Notes: generated by a model not told the origin, from the sequence alone. A stretch of 64,000 nt of DNA from Candidatus Latescibacterota bacterium (GCA_963667175.2 CAXXXF010000016.1:352001-416000), one strand, 5' to 3'. Counted from the stretch's first letter, positions 9,367-20,321 are shown. Translations and numbers: made by a program.

Positions 9367-12300
9367 GTGAAAATCTCGGAAGTTGCCATTCACAAGCCCA
9401 TCACGACGGTGATGGTGGCCATCAGTGTCGTGGTCCTCGGGGTCATCTCTCTCTTCCGGCTGCCCCTCGAGTACCTGCCGGACATCACGTTCCCCGTGAT
9501 GTACGTCAACGTCGACTACCCGTCTTCTTCACCCGAGGAAATCGAGACGGAAATTGTCCGGCCGCTGGAAGAGGTGATGGGGACCCTCTCCCACGTGAAG
9601 ACCCTTAGCTCGCGGTCGTACGCCAATCGGGGCTACGTGCGGCTGGAATTCGAACTCAATACCGACATGGACCTTATGGCGGTCCACGTAAGGGATCGTC
9701 TCGATCAGGTCAGAAACGACCTTCCCGACGACGTCGAGCGCATCACGATACGGCGGTGGAACACGGAAGACTTCCCCGTGCTGACCTACGCGCTTAGTTG
9801 GCAGGGACAGGATGCATCGGAATTGGCAAGTGTCTACGAATACACCATTCTTCCACGCTTGCAGCGTCTGGAAGGGGTTGGCAGCGTGGAGGTTCGGGGC
9901 CTGCGCGAGAAAGACCTGCTCATCGAGGTCGACCAGAACCTGTTGCACGCGCATCGTCTGGACATTCGCTCGCTCAACCGAGCGATCAGCGCCAACAACG
10001 TCAATATTTCCGCGGGTTACGTCAACGAAGCCGGGAAGCGCCTGACCACGCGAACGATCGGTGAATTCGAGAACGTCGACCAGATCCGCCGCCTCCCGTT
10101 GCGCGCCGGCGTTGACGTTGGCGACGTTGCGGACGTCACCTACGACTTTCCGGAAGAGAAGGACTTCGAACGCCTCGACGGAAGGGACGCGGTGACGGTT
10201 GACATCCGTAAGGCCTCCTCTGCCAACCTGGTGGCGACCGCGGACCGCGTGAAGGCGGAATTCGAGCGAATCCGGCAGGACGTCGGCGGTGACAAGCTCC
10301 GCATGCAGGCCATCCGGGACCGTTCGCTGGACGTCACCTCGGGGATCAGGAGTCTCACGCAGTCCGCCATCATGGGTGGTCTGCTGGCCATCTGCGTCAT
10401 CTTCGTCTTTCTGCGAAATTTCCGCAGCACCCTCATCATCGGTTCCGCGATCCCGATCTCGGCTGTCACCGTATTTGTGGTCATGTACGTGAGCCGCCAG
10501 GTCTTCGGCTCCAATATCACCCTTAATCTGATGTCGATGATGGGCCTCATGGTCGCGATCGGAATGCTCGTCGATCCCGCCGTCGTCGCACTGGAGAACA
10601 TCTTCAGAAAACGGTACGACCAGGGCCAGGATGCCCGCGCCGCTGCTCTCGACGGCAGCCGCGAAATCGGGATTCCCGTGCTCGCCGCGTCGCTGACGAC
10701 CATATGCGTCTTCGTGCCCATCATATTTGTGACCGACTCCCGCAGCGCGCTCTTTATGCGTGATTTCGCCCTTACAGTGTGCATTTCGGTCGGCGCGTCC
10801 TTCTGCGTGGCGCTTTCCCTTATCCCCCTCGCGGCATCCCGGGCCTTTAACGACAACCGGTCCCGTCTGGACCGCTGGCTGAAGATCGCGCTTATTCTGC
10901 TGGCGATGAGCTTTGCGGCCTATAAGGTCTACGGCGAAGGTCCCGCGGCAATCGCCGCGTGGATGTGGGATGGCGCAAACGGCATGATCGCCGGTCTCTC
11001 CGGTATACCAACCCTGGCATGGCTGCTGCTCGCGCTCGTGGCCGCGGGCGTCGCGGGCCTGATTTATACGGCCCGTGCGGCCGGCGGAATCAAGATCCTC
11101 TACTCCGGCCTCGTCGTCGCCACGCTGCGTTATCGATGGAGCACGGTTGTCACCGCCTGCGCGTTGTTGGGCGTGGGCGTCTATTTCTATACGCTGATCG
11201 AAAAGCAGCCCTATCGCTGGCAACCCACGCGAAGGGTTGACGTTTCGGTCGAATTGCCGCGAAGCTACGATATTCACGACGCGCTGGCTCTCTTCGAACG
11301 GATCGAGGGCCTTCTGTTGCCGTTGAAGGAGAATCTGGACATCGCGGCCATGAGCAGCCGGTACAGCGACCGGAGGAGCAATCGCATCACCCTTTACCTG
11401 GTGCCCGCCGACGAGGGGCGTCTCTCCACCGACGAAGTAACACGCAAGGTCAAAGCCATGCTGCCGAAAGACATCCCCGGGGTGCGTTTCAAGTCCGGCC
11501 GGACCTGGGGAAGCAGTTCCACGGGCGCCGGCGTTGAAATCAAGGGCCGGAACCCGGATGTGCTCGCCATGCTGGCAGAGGACGTCCGCCTCCGGCTGCA
11601 GGATATCCGCGGGGTCCACGAAGTCGAAACCAGTCTGGAATCCGGAAACGAGGAAATCCAGGTTTCCATCAACCGGCGCCGCGCCCGGCGGTACGGGCTC
11701 ACGCCGTGGCAGGTTGCCACCACCGTTGCCAGCGCGCTGGGAACCAGGGGAAACAGCAAGTTCAAGACTGAGAACGGGGAAATCGACATCGCCGTTCAAC
11801 TGAAAGAAGAGGACCGGGCCACCCTCGAGCAACTCAGGAACACGTACTTCGAGAGCGACACGGGAAACATGGTCTCGTTCGCCAGCCTCGCGGATTTCCG
11901 CGTCAGAAAGGGTCCTCAGGCGCTCGAACGCGAGAACCGGATGTCCACGCTGACCGTGTTCGCCAACACGGAACAGCAGGCCGTCTACTCAGTTGGCCGG
12001 GAAATGATGAGGCGGATGCGGATGATTCCGTTACCGGCCGGATACTCGTGGCAGATGGACCGCCGCTTCCGCTGGATGAACCAGGAACAGGGAGAAACCA
12101 ACTTTACCATGATCTTCGCGGCGCTTCTTGTCTACATGATCATGGCCGCCCTGTTCGAGTCCTACGCGCACCCGTTTACCATCATGTTTTCCATTTGCTT
12201 CGCCTTCATCGGCGTCTCGTTCGGTCTGTACGCCTTCAACATTCCCCTGGACAGCAACGCCACCTATGGTCTGCTCATCCTGTTCGGCATTGTTGTCAAC

Positions 12301-12633
12301 AACGGCATTGTCCTGGTAGACCACGTCAACCGCTATCGGAAACAGGGCCTCTACCGCCGCGACGCCATTATCCGGGGCGGGCAGGACCGACTGCGTCCCA
12401 TCCTGATGACGGCGACCACCACGATTCTGGGCCTGACTCCCCTGGTCCTGCCGATGATCTACGGTACCGCGGAAGGGACCGCCCGCCGCTGGGGCCCGAT
12501 CGGCTTTGTGGTGATCGCGGGACTGATGGTGTCGACCATCCTGACGCTGGTCCTCCTGCCAACCGTGTACTCCCTGATCGACGACCTGGCGGCTTACGTG
12601 AAGCGCACGGCCGCAACCGTGAGACGCGCGTGA
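9367..12633 (+). CDS. RND efflux transporter permease (AcrB/AcrD/AcrF family)
   Basis: 1088 aa; GMLVD..VV.LENI, GIVVNNGIVLVD and RLRPILMT motifs. Confidence 0.92.
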   Translation: MKISEVAIHKPITTVMVAISVVVLGVISLFRLPLEYLPDITFPVMYVNVDYPSSSPEEIETEIVRPLEEVMGTLSHVKTLSSRSYANRGYVRLEFELNTDMDLMAVHVRDRLDQVRNDLPDDVERITIRRWNTEDFPVLTYALSWQGQDASELASVYEYTILPRLQRLEGVGSVEVRGLREKDLLIEVDQNLLHAHRLDIRSLNRAISANNVNISAGYVNEAGKRLTTRTIGEFENVDQIRRLPLRAGVDVGDVADVTYDFPEEKDFERLDGRDAVTVDIRKASSANLVATADRVKAEFERIRQDVGGDKLRMQAIRDRSLDVTSGIRSLTQSAIMGGLLAICVIFVFLRNFRSTLIIGSAIPISAVTVFVVMYVSRQVFGSNITLNLMSMMGLMVAIGMLVDPAVVALENIFRKRYDQGQDARAAALDGSREIGIPVLAASLTTICVFVPIIFVTDSRSALFMRDFALTVCISVGASFCVALSLIPLAASRAFNDNRSRLDRWLKIALILLAMSFAAYKVYGEGPAAIAAWMWDGANGMIAGLSGIPTLAWLLLALVAAGVAGLIYTARAAGGIKILYSGLVVATLRYRWSTVVTACALLGVGVYFYTLIEKQPYRWQPTRRVDVSVELPRSYDIHDALALFERIEGLLLPLKENLDIAAMSSRYSDRRSNRITLYLVPADEGRLSTDEVTRKVKAMLPKDIPGVRFKSGRTWGSSSTGAGVEIKGRNPDVLAMLAEDVRLRLQDIRGVHEVETSLESGNEEIQVSINRRRARRYGLTPWQVATTVASALGTRGNSKFKTENGEIDIAVQLKEEDRATLEQLRNTYFESDTGNMVSFASLADFRVRKGPQALERENRMSTLTVFANTEQQAVYSVGREMMRRMRMIPLPAGYSWQMDRRFRWMNQEQGETNFTMIFAALLVYMIMAALFESYAHPFTIMFSICFAFIGVSFGLYAFNIPLDSNATYGLLILFGIVVNNGIVLVDHVNRYRKQGLYRRDAIIRGGQDRLRPILMTATTTILGLTPLVLPMIYGTAEGTARRWGPIGFVVIAGLMVSTILTLVLLPTVYSLIDDLAAYVKRTAATVRRA

Positions 12634-13304
12634 ACCGTCTTGCCGTTGTCCTGCTCAGCGGAGGGCTGGACAGTTGCGTTACCGCCGCTGTCGCCCGTCA
12701 GAACGACGACCTTGCCCTCCTCTTTCTCGACTACGGCCAACGCACAAGCGCACGTGAACGCCGTGCATTCCTGGACATCGCCGACCATTACGAAGTGCCC
12801 GCGAGCCGCCGCCTGACCGCACGGACCGACGCATTCCTGCGGATCGGCGGTTCCGCGCTGACGGATCCGAAGGTTCCCGTGCCCGACGCCAACTTCAACG
12901 GAAACGACGTCCCCCTCACGTATGTGCCCTTCAGGAATGCCCTTCTTCTCTGCATAGGCGTTTCCTGGGCCGAGTCCGTTGGCGCTGCCAGCGTCTACCT
13001 GGGCGCTGTCGAAGAAGACGGTTCCGGGTACCCCGACTGTACGCAGGCATTTTGCGACGCGTTCGCCCGGGCGGCGGATACCGGTACCCGCCCTGAGTCG
13101 CGCATCAGAATCCTCGCCCCTGTTATCCACCTCAACAAGCGCCAGATCATTCGGCTGGGTCTGGAGTTGGGCGCCCCGCTCCATCTCACCTGGTCGTGCT
13201 ACAGAAACAGCGACCGCGCCTGCGGTCGCTGCGATAGCTGCATCCTCCGTCGGAGGGCTTTCAAAGGCGCCGGTATCCCCGACCCCATCCTCGCTGAATC
13301 CTGA
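12630..13304 (+). CDS. queC: 7-cyano-7-deazaguanine synthase
   Basis: VLLSGGLDS, DYGQR, TYVPFRN, YPDC, TWSCY...CGRCDSC; GTG start overlaps the RND stop (GTGA). Confidence 0.95.
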   Translation: MNRLAVVLLSGGLDSCVTAAVARQNDDLALLFLDYGQRTSARERRAFLDIADHYEVPASRRLTARTDAFLRIGGSALTDPKVPVPDANFNGNDVPLTYVPFRNALLLCIGVSWAESVGAASVYLGAVEEDGSGYPDCTQAFCDAFARAADTGTRPESRIRILAPVIHLNKRQIIRLGLELGAPLHLTWSCYRNSDRACGRCDSCILRRRAFKGAGIPDPILAES

Positions 13305-13367
13305 AATTTTCCGGCGACGGGCGCTGTACCGCCTCGGACGGCGAACATCCGACATCATCAGGATCGG

Positions 13368-14795
13368 TCAGGCGTGTGCGTGAACCTGATCGTGTCCGGC
13401 GCGAACCGCCCCGGCGAGCGCTTCGTCCATCATCGACTGTCTCTCATCAGGAATCGTCCAGCGCCGCTGAATATCGGGTGACAGACAGTCGATGGGATCG
13501 AAATAGAGAAAGTGCTTACCGGGCCGCACCACAGGGCTTGCAAACACCGCGACTCCTGTTTCTTCGTTATAATATTCGAAGGAATGACCGTCTCGCTTTC
13601 CGCCGCCGCCGAGTGTGTCCACGATGAAGGTCGGCGTGTTGAACCCGGCCGTGGCGCCGCGCAGGCTCTTTTCGAGTTCGAGACCGGCTCGCAGCGTGGT
13701 TCTGAGATCCTCAACCCCCTGCACCAGATCGTGGAAGAATACATAGTACGGCTGGACGTTGAGGAAGCTCAATTGCTTCACCAGATGCTTCATCGTCTGC
13801 GCGCTGTCGTTCACGCCTCGCTGTAGAACGGCCTGATTACGAACCTTGACACCCCGTTCCATCAGCAGGTTCATCGCATCCTGCGTGATTCCGGTTATTT
13901 CGTTGGGATGGTTGAAGTGGGTATGCAATACCACGTCCTTGTGCAAGCTGCGGCCCCGCTCGACGACCCCCACCAGCGCATCCACCCAATCTACGTCGCT
14001 CAGGATCTTCCCGGGCATGACCGCAGGCCCCTTGGTCGCAAAACGAAACCGCCGAATATGCGGGATGTCCAGCAGGGAAAAGCCCACCTCTCTGATCTGT
14101 GCCGCCCTGAGGTTGTAGACGTCGCCGCCGCTCACCACCACGTCTTCAACTTCGGGGCGCGATCTCAAGTAATCGAACACCTGACTCCAGCGTCTCCTGT
14201 TTGCGCTCAGGCGCACCTTTTCCACGCCATCCGTATCGAGCCCCACGGCGTAACTGCGGGTACAGAAGCGGCAGTAGACCGGACAGGTATCCAGCGTAAG
14301 AAAAAGCGCCCTGTCCGGATACCGGTGGGTCAGTCCGGGAACGGGAGAATCGCCCTGCTCGTTCAGTGAATCCAGGTGGAGTTCCGGGTGGTCCGGCAAC
14401 TGTTGCGAGGCCAATGGCAGGAACTGGGTCCGTAGCGGATCTCCGTACGGATCGTCCCAGTTGATCAGACTCAGGATATAAGGCGAGATCCGTATGCTCA
14501 TCGGGGCCCGGCGCAACCCTTCGCGCAGGTCGTCGTAGAAGCCCGGCCCGGCGAGTCCGCCCATGACTTCCTGCAGACTCTCCACACTCGTCGGGGAATT
14601 GCGGGACTGGAAGACGTGGGAGTGGAAGGTTTCCGCGTTCACATTCTCGAACGCCGGAATCGTCTTCCAGAATGCATCCCGTCGGAACCGGCGATGCAAA
14701 TGGGCTTCCTCCTGTACGGCTGCGATAGCGCCGTCGATGACATCGACGCCTGCGGCTTTCATGTCTTCTAGATCCCTCCCGATGTGATGATTCAA
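13368..14795 (-). CDS. KamA-family radical SAM enzyme (lysine 2,3-aminomutase-like)
   Basis: HRYPDR, CPVYCRFCTR (CxxxCxxC), SGGD, HFNHPNE, NQAVL.RGVND, GGGKR. Confidence 0.88.
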   Translation of the reverse strand: MNHHIGRDLEDMKAAGVDVIDGAIAAVQEEAHLHRRFRRDAFWKTIPAFENVNAETFHSHVFQSRNSPTSVESLQEVMGGLAGPGFYDDLREGLRRAPMSIRISPYILSLINWDDPYGDPLRTQFLPLASQQLPDHPELHLDSLNEQGDSPVPGLTHRYPDRALFLTLDTCPVYCRFCTRSYAVGLDTDGVEKVRLSANRRRWSQVFDYLRSRPEVEDVVVSGGDVYNLRAAQIREVGFSLLDIPHIRRFRFATKGPAVMPGKILSDVDWVDALVGVVERGRSLHKDVVLHTHFNHPNEITGITQDAMNLLMERGVKVRNQAVLQRGVNDSAQTMKHLVKQLSFLNVQPYYVFFHDLVQGVEDLRTTLRAGLELEKSLRGATAGFNTPTFIVDTLGGGGKRDGHSFEYYNEETGVAVFASPVVRPGKHFLYFDPIDCLSPDIQRRWTIPDERQSMMDEALAGAVRAGHDQVHAHA

Positions 14796-15088
14796 CGTTC
14801 ACACCGGACCTGCGGTTTCTTCTTCGGCGACGTCGCGACACACTCAGGCGACAGTCGTCGCCCGATCGCCCTTCAAAGCAACTCTGACCTGCGGACGTCG
14901 TTCCGCGAGGGACGCGCATCGCGAGGCATACGAAGCATCATATGATATCATACTCGCGAAAATTGTCAAGGCTTTTCCGGAGTCGGCCCGGTTTTCCGGG
15001 AGAATCCGCTTGTTCGGATCATTTATCTTGCTTATATTTCGCAAGTTAGAGAAAGTCTCCACCTGAACGACGAGACAACTCCAAAACC

Positions 15089-17851
15089 ATGTCAAAACGT
15101 GCGCTCAAGTTTGTATTTGCCGCGGTCGGCTTGCTTCTGGGATACACGGGCCTTCGGCTGATCGTCTTCTTTTACACCGACTGGCTCTGGTTTCAAAATC
15201 TCGGCTACGGATCCGTTCTCGTCACCACAGCCCTCGCCCGCCTCGTCGCCTTTTGCGCCTTCGGCGCCGCCTTCGCCGCGACCGCGGGCGTCAATGTCTT
15301 TGTTGCGCACAGGTATGGCCGGCACACCCGCGAAACGCCGCTCGAGGTCATCGTGGCCGACGCCGAACCCGTGCTGCCCGAACGACGCAAGCGCCAGTTT
15401 CTCCTGTGGTCCGGCGCCATCGCGCTGCTGGCCTGTGCGACCGGCCTGATCGGCGCCTCGGCCTGGGCGCCGCTGCTGCGTTTCTTTCATCCCACCCCGT
15501 TCGGACTCACCGACCCTGTCTTCAACAACGACCTCGGCTTTTACTTCTTCAGCCTTCCCGCTTACAACTTCGTGCAGGGGTGGCTGGCATTCGCCGTAAT
15601 CCTCACCGTCATTCTCGTCTGCTTCACCTATCACCGGGACCGTGCCCTGCGCAGAGAGAGACGAGGCTGGTCATCCACTCCCCACGTCCGCGCCCATCTC
15701 TCCGTACTTGCGGCGGTTCTCTCCCTGATCGGCGCCTGGTGGTACTGGCTAAAGGAATACGAGATCCTCTATTCCTTCCGCAAAGACGCCTTTTTCGGCG
15801 CCGGATATACCGACGTCCACGTTCAGGTTTTCGCCTACCGGCTCATGTTGGTCCTCTCCATCCTTCTCGGCGCTTTGCTGGTATACAACGTCCGCGCCCG
15901 GAAGTGGTGGCCGATCGCTTATGGCGGCGGCGGCTATTTTTCGGCAATTCTTCTGCTCAGCTGGATTTTTCCGATTCTATTCGATCAGTTCGTGGTCAAG
16001 CCCGACGAATTACGGCTTGAAGAACCCTACATTCGAAGGACCATCGAACACACGCAGCGGGCGTACGGCCTGGATCGAATTGAGGAAGTTCCGTTTCCGG
16101 CGGAATCCGATCTGGACGTCGAGGATATCCGGAACAATCTGCCCACCATCAGGAGCATTCCGCTTTGGGACCGCCGACCTCTGATCGCAACCTACAGCCA
16201 GCTGCAGGAAATTCGGTCTTATTACCGCTTCGGCAGCATCGACGTAGACCGGTATTCGATCAACGGCGATTACAAGCAGGTGATGGTGGCCGCCCGCGAA
16301 TTCTCGCGGGAACAGTTGGCCACTCAGGGGGAAACCTGGGTCAACCGCCACCTGGTCTACACCCACGGGTACGGCTTCTGCATGAGCCCCGCCAACGAAG
16401 TTGGCGAGGAGGGTCTGCCGGAATTTTACGTTAAAGATATTCCGCCCATCGCGTCGGTGGACATCCGCGTGGATCGCCCGGAGATCTATTATGGCGAAGC
16501 CATGCAGGACTACGTGATTGTCAACACCAGAACGGAGGAATTCGACTACCCCCGAGGCGACGAAAACGCCTACACCACCTACCGCGGTACAGGCGGGGTA
16601 CCGGTCAACTCGTTCTGGCGGCGGCTCCTGTTCGCCCTGCGGTTCGGTGATCCGTATCTACTGGTCACGCAGAACCTGAAACCCGAAAGCAGAATACAAT
16701 TCGACCGGCACATCGGTCGTCGTTTTCGGGACGAGGGCCCCAGGCGGTTCCAGAAACTCGCGCCGTATCTCCGCTTCGACAAAGACCCATACATGGTCGC
16801 GGTGAACGGAAGGCTCACGTGGATACAGGACGCCTACACCGAAAGCAACATGTATCCTTACGCGGAACCTTACGGCAGGCCCTACGTACGCGAAGCCAAC
16901 TACATCCGCAACGCCGTCAAGGCCACGCTCGATGCCTACGACGGGACGGTCACGTTCTACGTGTGGGATCCGGACGACCCGCTCATTCGATCCTACATGA
17001 AAATCTTCCCGGATCTCTTTCGGCCGAAGGAAGACATGCCGGAGGTGCTGCGCGCCCACGTCCGTTACCCTGCAGACCTCTTTGAGATCCAGTCGTCGCT
17101 CTACAACACGTACCATATGGCCTCACCCCAGGTCTTCTACAATCGCGAGGACGTCTGGGAACCGGCCATGGAAATTTACGGGGTTTCGGAACGCCCGCGG
17201 GTCATGGCGCCATATTACATCATCGTTAAACTGCCGGACGCCGTACGGGAGGAGTTCGTCTTGATGCTGCCGGCCACACCGGCGGGAAAGGCCAACATGA
17301 TCGCCTGGCTTCTCGCCCGATGCGACGGTCCCAACTATGGCCGGCTTATGGTCTACAAGCTGCCCAAGAAAAAACTCATCTACGGGCCGATGTTGATCGA
17401 ACGCCGAATCGATCAGGATACGGATGTGTCGCGGGAGATCACACTATGGAGCCAGAGGGGTTCCGACGTGCTTCGCGGCAACCTGCTCGTCGTTCCCATC
17501 GAAAACGGCTTCATATACGTTGAACCTCTCTATTTGAGGGCCACCCAGAGCGGCATGCCCGAGCTGAAACGGGTTCTCGTTGCGCACGGCGACAGACTTG
17601 CGATGGCCGAAGACCTTGAACAGGCATTGGGTCGAGCCTTCGAAACGCGCGAAGCCGATCCGGTATTCCGACACCGACCCGCGAGGGAATCAACGGGGTT
17701 TCGTATCCTGACCCAAGCCGCCCTGGCGCAGTTCGACACGGCGCAATCCCGCCTGCGGACGGGTGATTTCGCGGGGTACGGAGAAGCGGTACAAAGCCTG
17801 CGAAAGACACTTCAGCAGTTGCGTGACGAGGCGGACGCAGCGGAAGAATGA
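15089..17851 (+). CDS. UPF0182 family membrane protein
   Basis: DWLWFQNLGY, DPVFNNDLGFYFF, GAGYTD, YTHGYG, NYIRNAVKA, YVEPLY motifs. Confidence 0.92.
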   Translation: MSKRALKFVFAAVGLLLGYTGLRLIVFFYTDWLWFQNLGYGSVLVTTALARLVAFCAFGAAFAATAGVNVFVAHRYGRHTRETPLEVIVADAEPVLPERRKRQFLLWSGAIALLACATGLIGASAWAPLLRFFHPTPFGLTDPVFNNDLGFYFFSLPAYNFVQGWLAFAVILTVILVCFTYHRDRALRRERRGWSSTPHVRAHLSVLAAVLSLIGAWWYWLKEYEILYSFRKDAFFGAGYTDVHVQVFAYRLMLVLSILLGALLVYNVRARKWWPIAYGGGGYFSAILLLSWIFPILFDQFVVKPDELRLEEPYIRRTIEHTQRAYGLDRIEEVPFPAESDLDVEDIRNNLPTIRSIPLWDRRPLIATYSQLQEIRSYYRFGSIDVDRYSINGDYKQVMVAAREFSREQLATQGETWVNRHLVYTHGYGFCMSPANEVGEEGLPEFYVKDIPPIASVDIRVDRPEIYYGEAMQDYVIVNTRTEEFDYPRGDENAYTTYRGTGGVPVNSFWRRLLFALRFGDPYLLVTQNLKPESRIQFDRHIGRRFRDEGPRRFQKLAPYLRFDKDPYMVAVNGRLTWIQDAYTESNMYPYAEPYGRPYVREANYIRNAVKATLDAYDGTVTFYVWDPDDPLIRSYMKIFPDLFRPKEDMPEVLRAHVRYPADLFEIQSSLYNTYHMASPQVFYNREDVWEPAMEIYGVSERPRVMAPYYIIVKLPDAVREEFVLMLPATPAGKANMIAWLLARCDGPNYGRLMVYKLPKKKLIYGPMLIERRIDQDTDVSREITLWSQRGSDVLRGNLLVVPIENGFIYVEPLYLRATQSGMPELKRVLVAHGDRLAMAEDLEQALGRAFETREADPVFRHRPARESTGFRILTQAALAQFDTAQSRLRTGDFAGYGEAVQSLRKTLQQLRDEADAAEE

Positions 17852-17863
17852 GGGGACGGTTAC

Positions 17864-18769
17864 GTGAACACATCAAAATGGGCGTTGCTGTCAACAGAAC
17901 AACGAAATCCCGCCAGCGCGCACATCGACGAGGCGTCAACGCTCCGGATTCTCGAGCTTCTCAACCAGGAAGACCGCAAGGTCCCGCGGGCCGTGAATGC
18001 CGTTCTGCCGCAGGTCGCGGAGGCCGTCGACCTCGTGGCGGGCGCGTTGAGGAGCGGCGGCCGGCTCTTCTACGCGGGCGCCGGGACGAGCGGGCGCCTG
18101 GGTGTCCTGGACGCTGCGGAGTGCCCGCCCACGTTCGGGACCGCTCCTGAAACGGTACAGGGCATTATCGCGGGGGGCGAAGGCGCGCTGCTGTGCGCGG
18201 CCGAACGCGCCGAGGACCGTCCGGAAGACGGCGCGACAGAGCTCCGGCGCCGGCGCCTGTCGGCGCGGGACATCGTGATGGGTATCGCTGCCAGCGGTGT
18301 GACGCCGTTCGTCCTCGGAGCTCTCGCTTACGCCCGCCGCACGGGCGCATCCACCGTCTTTTTCACTTGCAACCGGCAAGCGGCGGAGCGGGTCGACGCG
18401 GACATCAGGATCGTGCCCCACGTCGGCCCGGAAGCCATCACCGGTTCCACGCGCCTGAAGGCCGGCACCGCGACCAAACTCGTATTGAACATGATCACGA
18501 CGGCGGCCATGGTCAGGCTGGGCAAGGTGTACGGCAATCTGATGGTGGACCTGACGCCCACGTGCGAAAAACTCAACGACCGCGCCCGGCGAATCCTGAT
18601 GGAAACGACAGGACGCTCACGCGACGACTGCGGCCGGATGCTCGCCGAGGCAGGCGACCTCAAGACGGCCATCGTGATGTCAAAACGGGCCGTCTCGATG
18701 GAGACGGCCCGTCAGTTGCTCGTGAAGAACGATGGCGTCGTCAGGCTGGCGCTGGCAGACAGACTCTGA
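17864..18769 (+). CDS. murQ: N-acetylmuramic acid 6-phosphate etherase
   Basis: TEQRNP, GAGTSGRLGVLDAAECPPTFG, GPEAITGSTRLKAGTA, GKVYGNLMVD. Confidence 0.95.
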   Translation: MNTSKWALLSTEQRNPASAHIDEASTLRILELLNQEDRKVPRAVNAVLPQVAEAVDLVAGALRSGGRLFYAGAGTSGRLGVLDAAECPPTFGTAPETVQGIIAGGEGALLCAAERAEDRPEDGATELRRRRLSARDIVMGIAASGVTPFVLGALAYARRTGASTVFFTCNRQAAERVDADIRIVPHVGPEAITGSTRLKAGTATKLVLNMITTAAMVRLGKVYGNLMVDLTPTCEKLNDRARRILMETTGRSRDDCGRMLAEAGDLKTAIVMSKRAVSMETARQLLVKNDGVVRLALADRL

Positions 18770-18773
18770 TCAG

Positions 18774-20321
18774 CTATTGCGCGCGCGCCGGTTTTTCTCC
18801 GAGGGCGCCGTAGAAGGCCTTGACCATCCGGTCCAGATGCACTTTCGCATCTTCCGCCGCGTCCCTTTCAATTGTATACTCGGACTTGCCCACGAGCTTC
18901 AGACCGTGACCGTAGTCGTCGAACAGTGACTGGCACAGCGCCTCGACTGACACGCCGTCGCGCGCGGCGGTCCCGGCCAGGGCGGACTTTGCAGCATCCG
19001 AAAACGTCAATGAAATTCCGTACGCATTCAGAAAATGCGCCGTGTACGACGATATATCCCGGTTCACCAACAACTTTTGCAGTTCAAGCGACGGATTTTT
19101 TACAACGCCGGCGGTAACGGAAAAGGAACGGATATCGGTTGAAGGAAGCGCTTTTTCGAATTTCAGCAGCGCCCGTTCACAAACACTCACCAGCGCTCTC
19201 GCCCCGGTCTGTTCGGTGGACGCCTGTTCCGCCAGTCGGCGCAGGGCGGCGTCGTCGAAGCTCAATTCAATATCGTAGGCCAGGAAGTCCCGCTTCTTTC
19301 CAAGAATGACCGAACTGGTCGGACTCTTAAGAATCTGATACAAATCCTCGACGGAAAGCGGTTCCAGCACGGCCACCACCGGCAGACGTCCGACGAATTC
19401 GGACTCGAAGCCGAACGCGATGAGGTCTTCGGTGATCGCCTGCTTCAGAAAGGATACGCGGTCCGCTTCATGGTTCTGCGACCGTTCCGTTTCGGCTTTG
19501 AATCCCAGGCTGTTTCGATTGAGACGGCTCTTGATCAGATCCTCGAATCCGTTGAACGCGCCGCTGACGATGAAGAGGATGTTTCGCGTGTTGATTTTCT
19601 TTCGCTCCATCTTTCCGCTTTGCTGGTATTGCATCATGGCTTCCATCTGTGAAGCCAGATCATGCGGCGCCTTGAGGTCCACCTCAGTCTCTTCCATCAG
19701 CTTGAGCAGGTTGCGCTGGACGCCGCTCCGGGAAACGTCCGGACCCACCAGATTGGGGGTTGAAGCGATCTTGTCGATCTCGTCCACGTAGATGATGCCG
19801 TACTGGGCCTTCTCAATGCTGCCGCCGGCCTCCCGTACCAGTTCGCGCACCAGGTCTTCGACGTCGCCGCCGACGTATCCGGTTTCACTGAACTTGGTTG
19901 CGTCGCCCTTCACAAAAGGAACGCCGATTCGATGGGCGATCAATTTGATGAGATAGGTCTTGCCCACGCCCGTCGGACCGATCAGCAGGATGTTGTTTTT
20001 GATGTTTCCGACGGAACGGTGTTCGAATTCGGGATCTTCGCGGTCGAGCTTCATCCGGTTGAAGTGGGTGCAGATCTTGGTAGCGAGCACTTCCTTCGCC
20101 TCGTCCTGTTTGATCACGTACTCATCCAGAAAGGCCTCGAGTTCCTCCGGCTTCAGATCGAAATCAATCGACTCATCCTGCGGTTCCGGCGTGCGCGGGC
20201 CTTCGCTGCTCCCCTCGGCCTCCGCCTGCGGAAACACAACCTGGGCGCCGTACTTCTGCTCGATAAGTTCCTTCAGGTCTTTCTGCAGTTCCTTGGGATC
20301 CACGGGTCGCTGCTCCGGCAT
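18774..20321 (-). CDS. clpX: ClpX-family AAA+ ATPase lacking the N-terminal zinc-binding domain
   Basis: GPTGVGKT, DATKFSETGYVGGDVE, DEIDKI, DVSRSGVQ, LGF loop, GARAL; no CxxC N-domain. Confidence 0.75.
   Translation of the reverse strand: MPEQRPVDPKELQKDLKELIEQKYGAQVVFPQAEAEGSSEGPRTPEPQDESIDFDLKPEELEAFLDEYVIKQDEAKEVLATKICTHFNRMKLDREDPEFEHRSVGNIKNNILLIGPTGVGKTYLIKLIAHRIGVPFVKGDATKFSETGYVGGDVEDLVRELVREAGGSIEKAQYGIIYVDEIDKIASTPNLVGPDVSRSGVQRNLLKLMEETEVDLKAPHDLASQMEAMMQYQQSGKMERKKINTRNILFIVSGAFNGFEDLIKSRLNRNSLGFKAETERSQNHEADRVSFLKQAITEDLIAFGFESEFVGRLPVVAVLEPLSVEDLYQILKSPTSSVILGKKRDFLAYDIELSFDDAALRRLAEQASTEQTGARALVSVCERALLKFEKALPSTDIRSFSVTAGVVKNPSLELQKLLVNRDISSYTAHFLNAYGISLTFSDAAKSALAGTAARDGVSVEALCQSLFDDYGHGLKLVGKSEYTIERDAAEDAKVHLDRMVKAFYGALGEKPARAQ

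Noticed and set aside
9529-11832. 767-aa minus-strand ORF (also 7105-8304, 29355-30788, 31025-32275)
   Set aside because: Antisense shadows of well-supported genes in GC-rich DNA, with no motifs.
12048-12629. N-terminal extension of QueC in the ORF track
   Set aside because: Overlaps the RND gene out of frame; QueC similarity begins at GTG 12630.
12630-13304. queC as part of a Dpd or QatABCD defence system
   Set aside because: Canonical short QueC in core context without dpd or qat neighbours.
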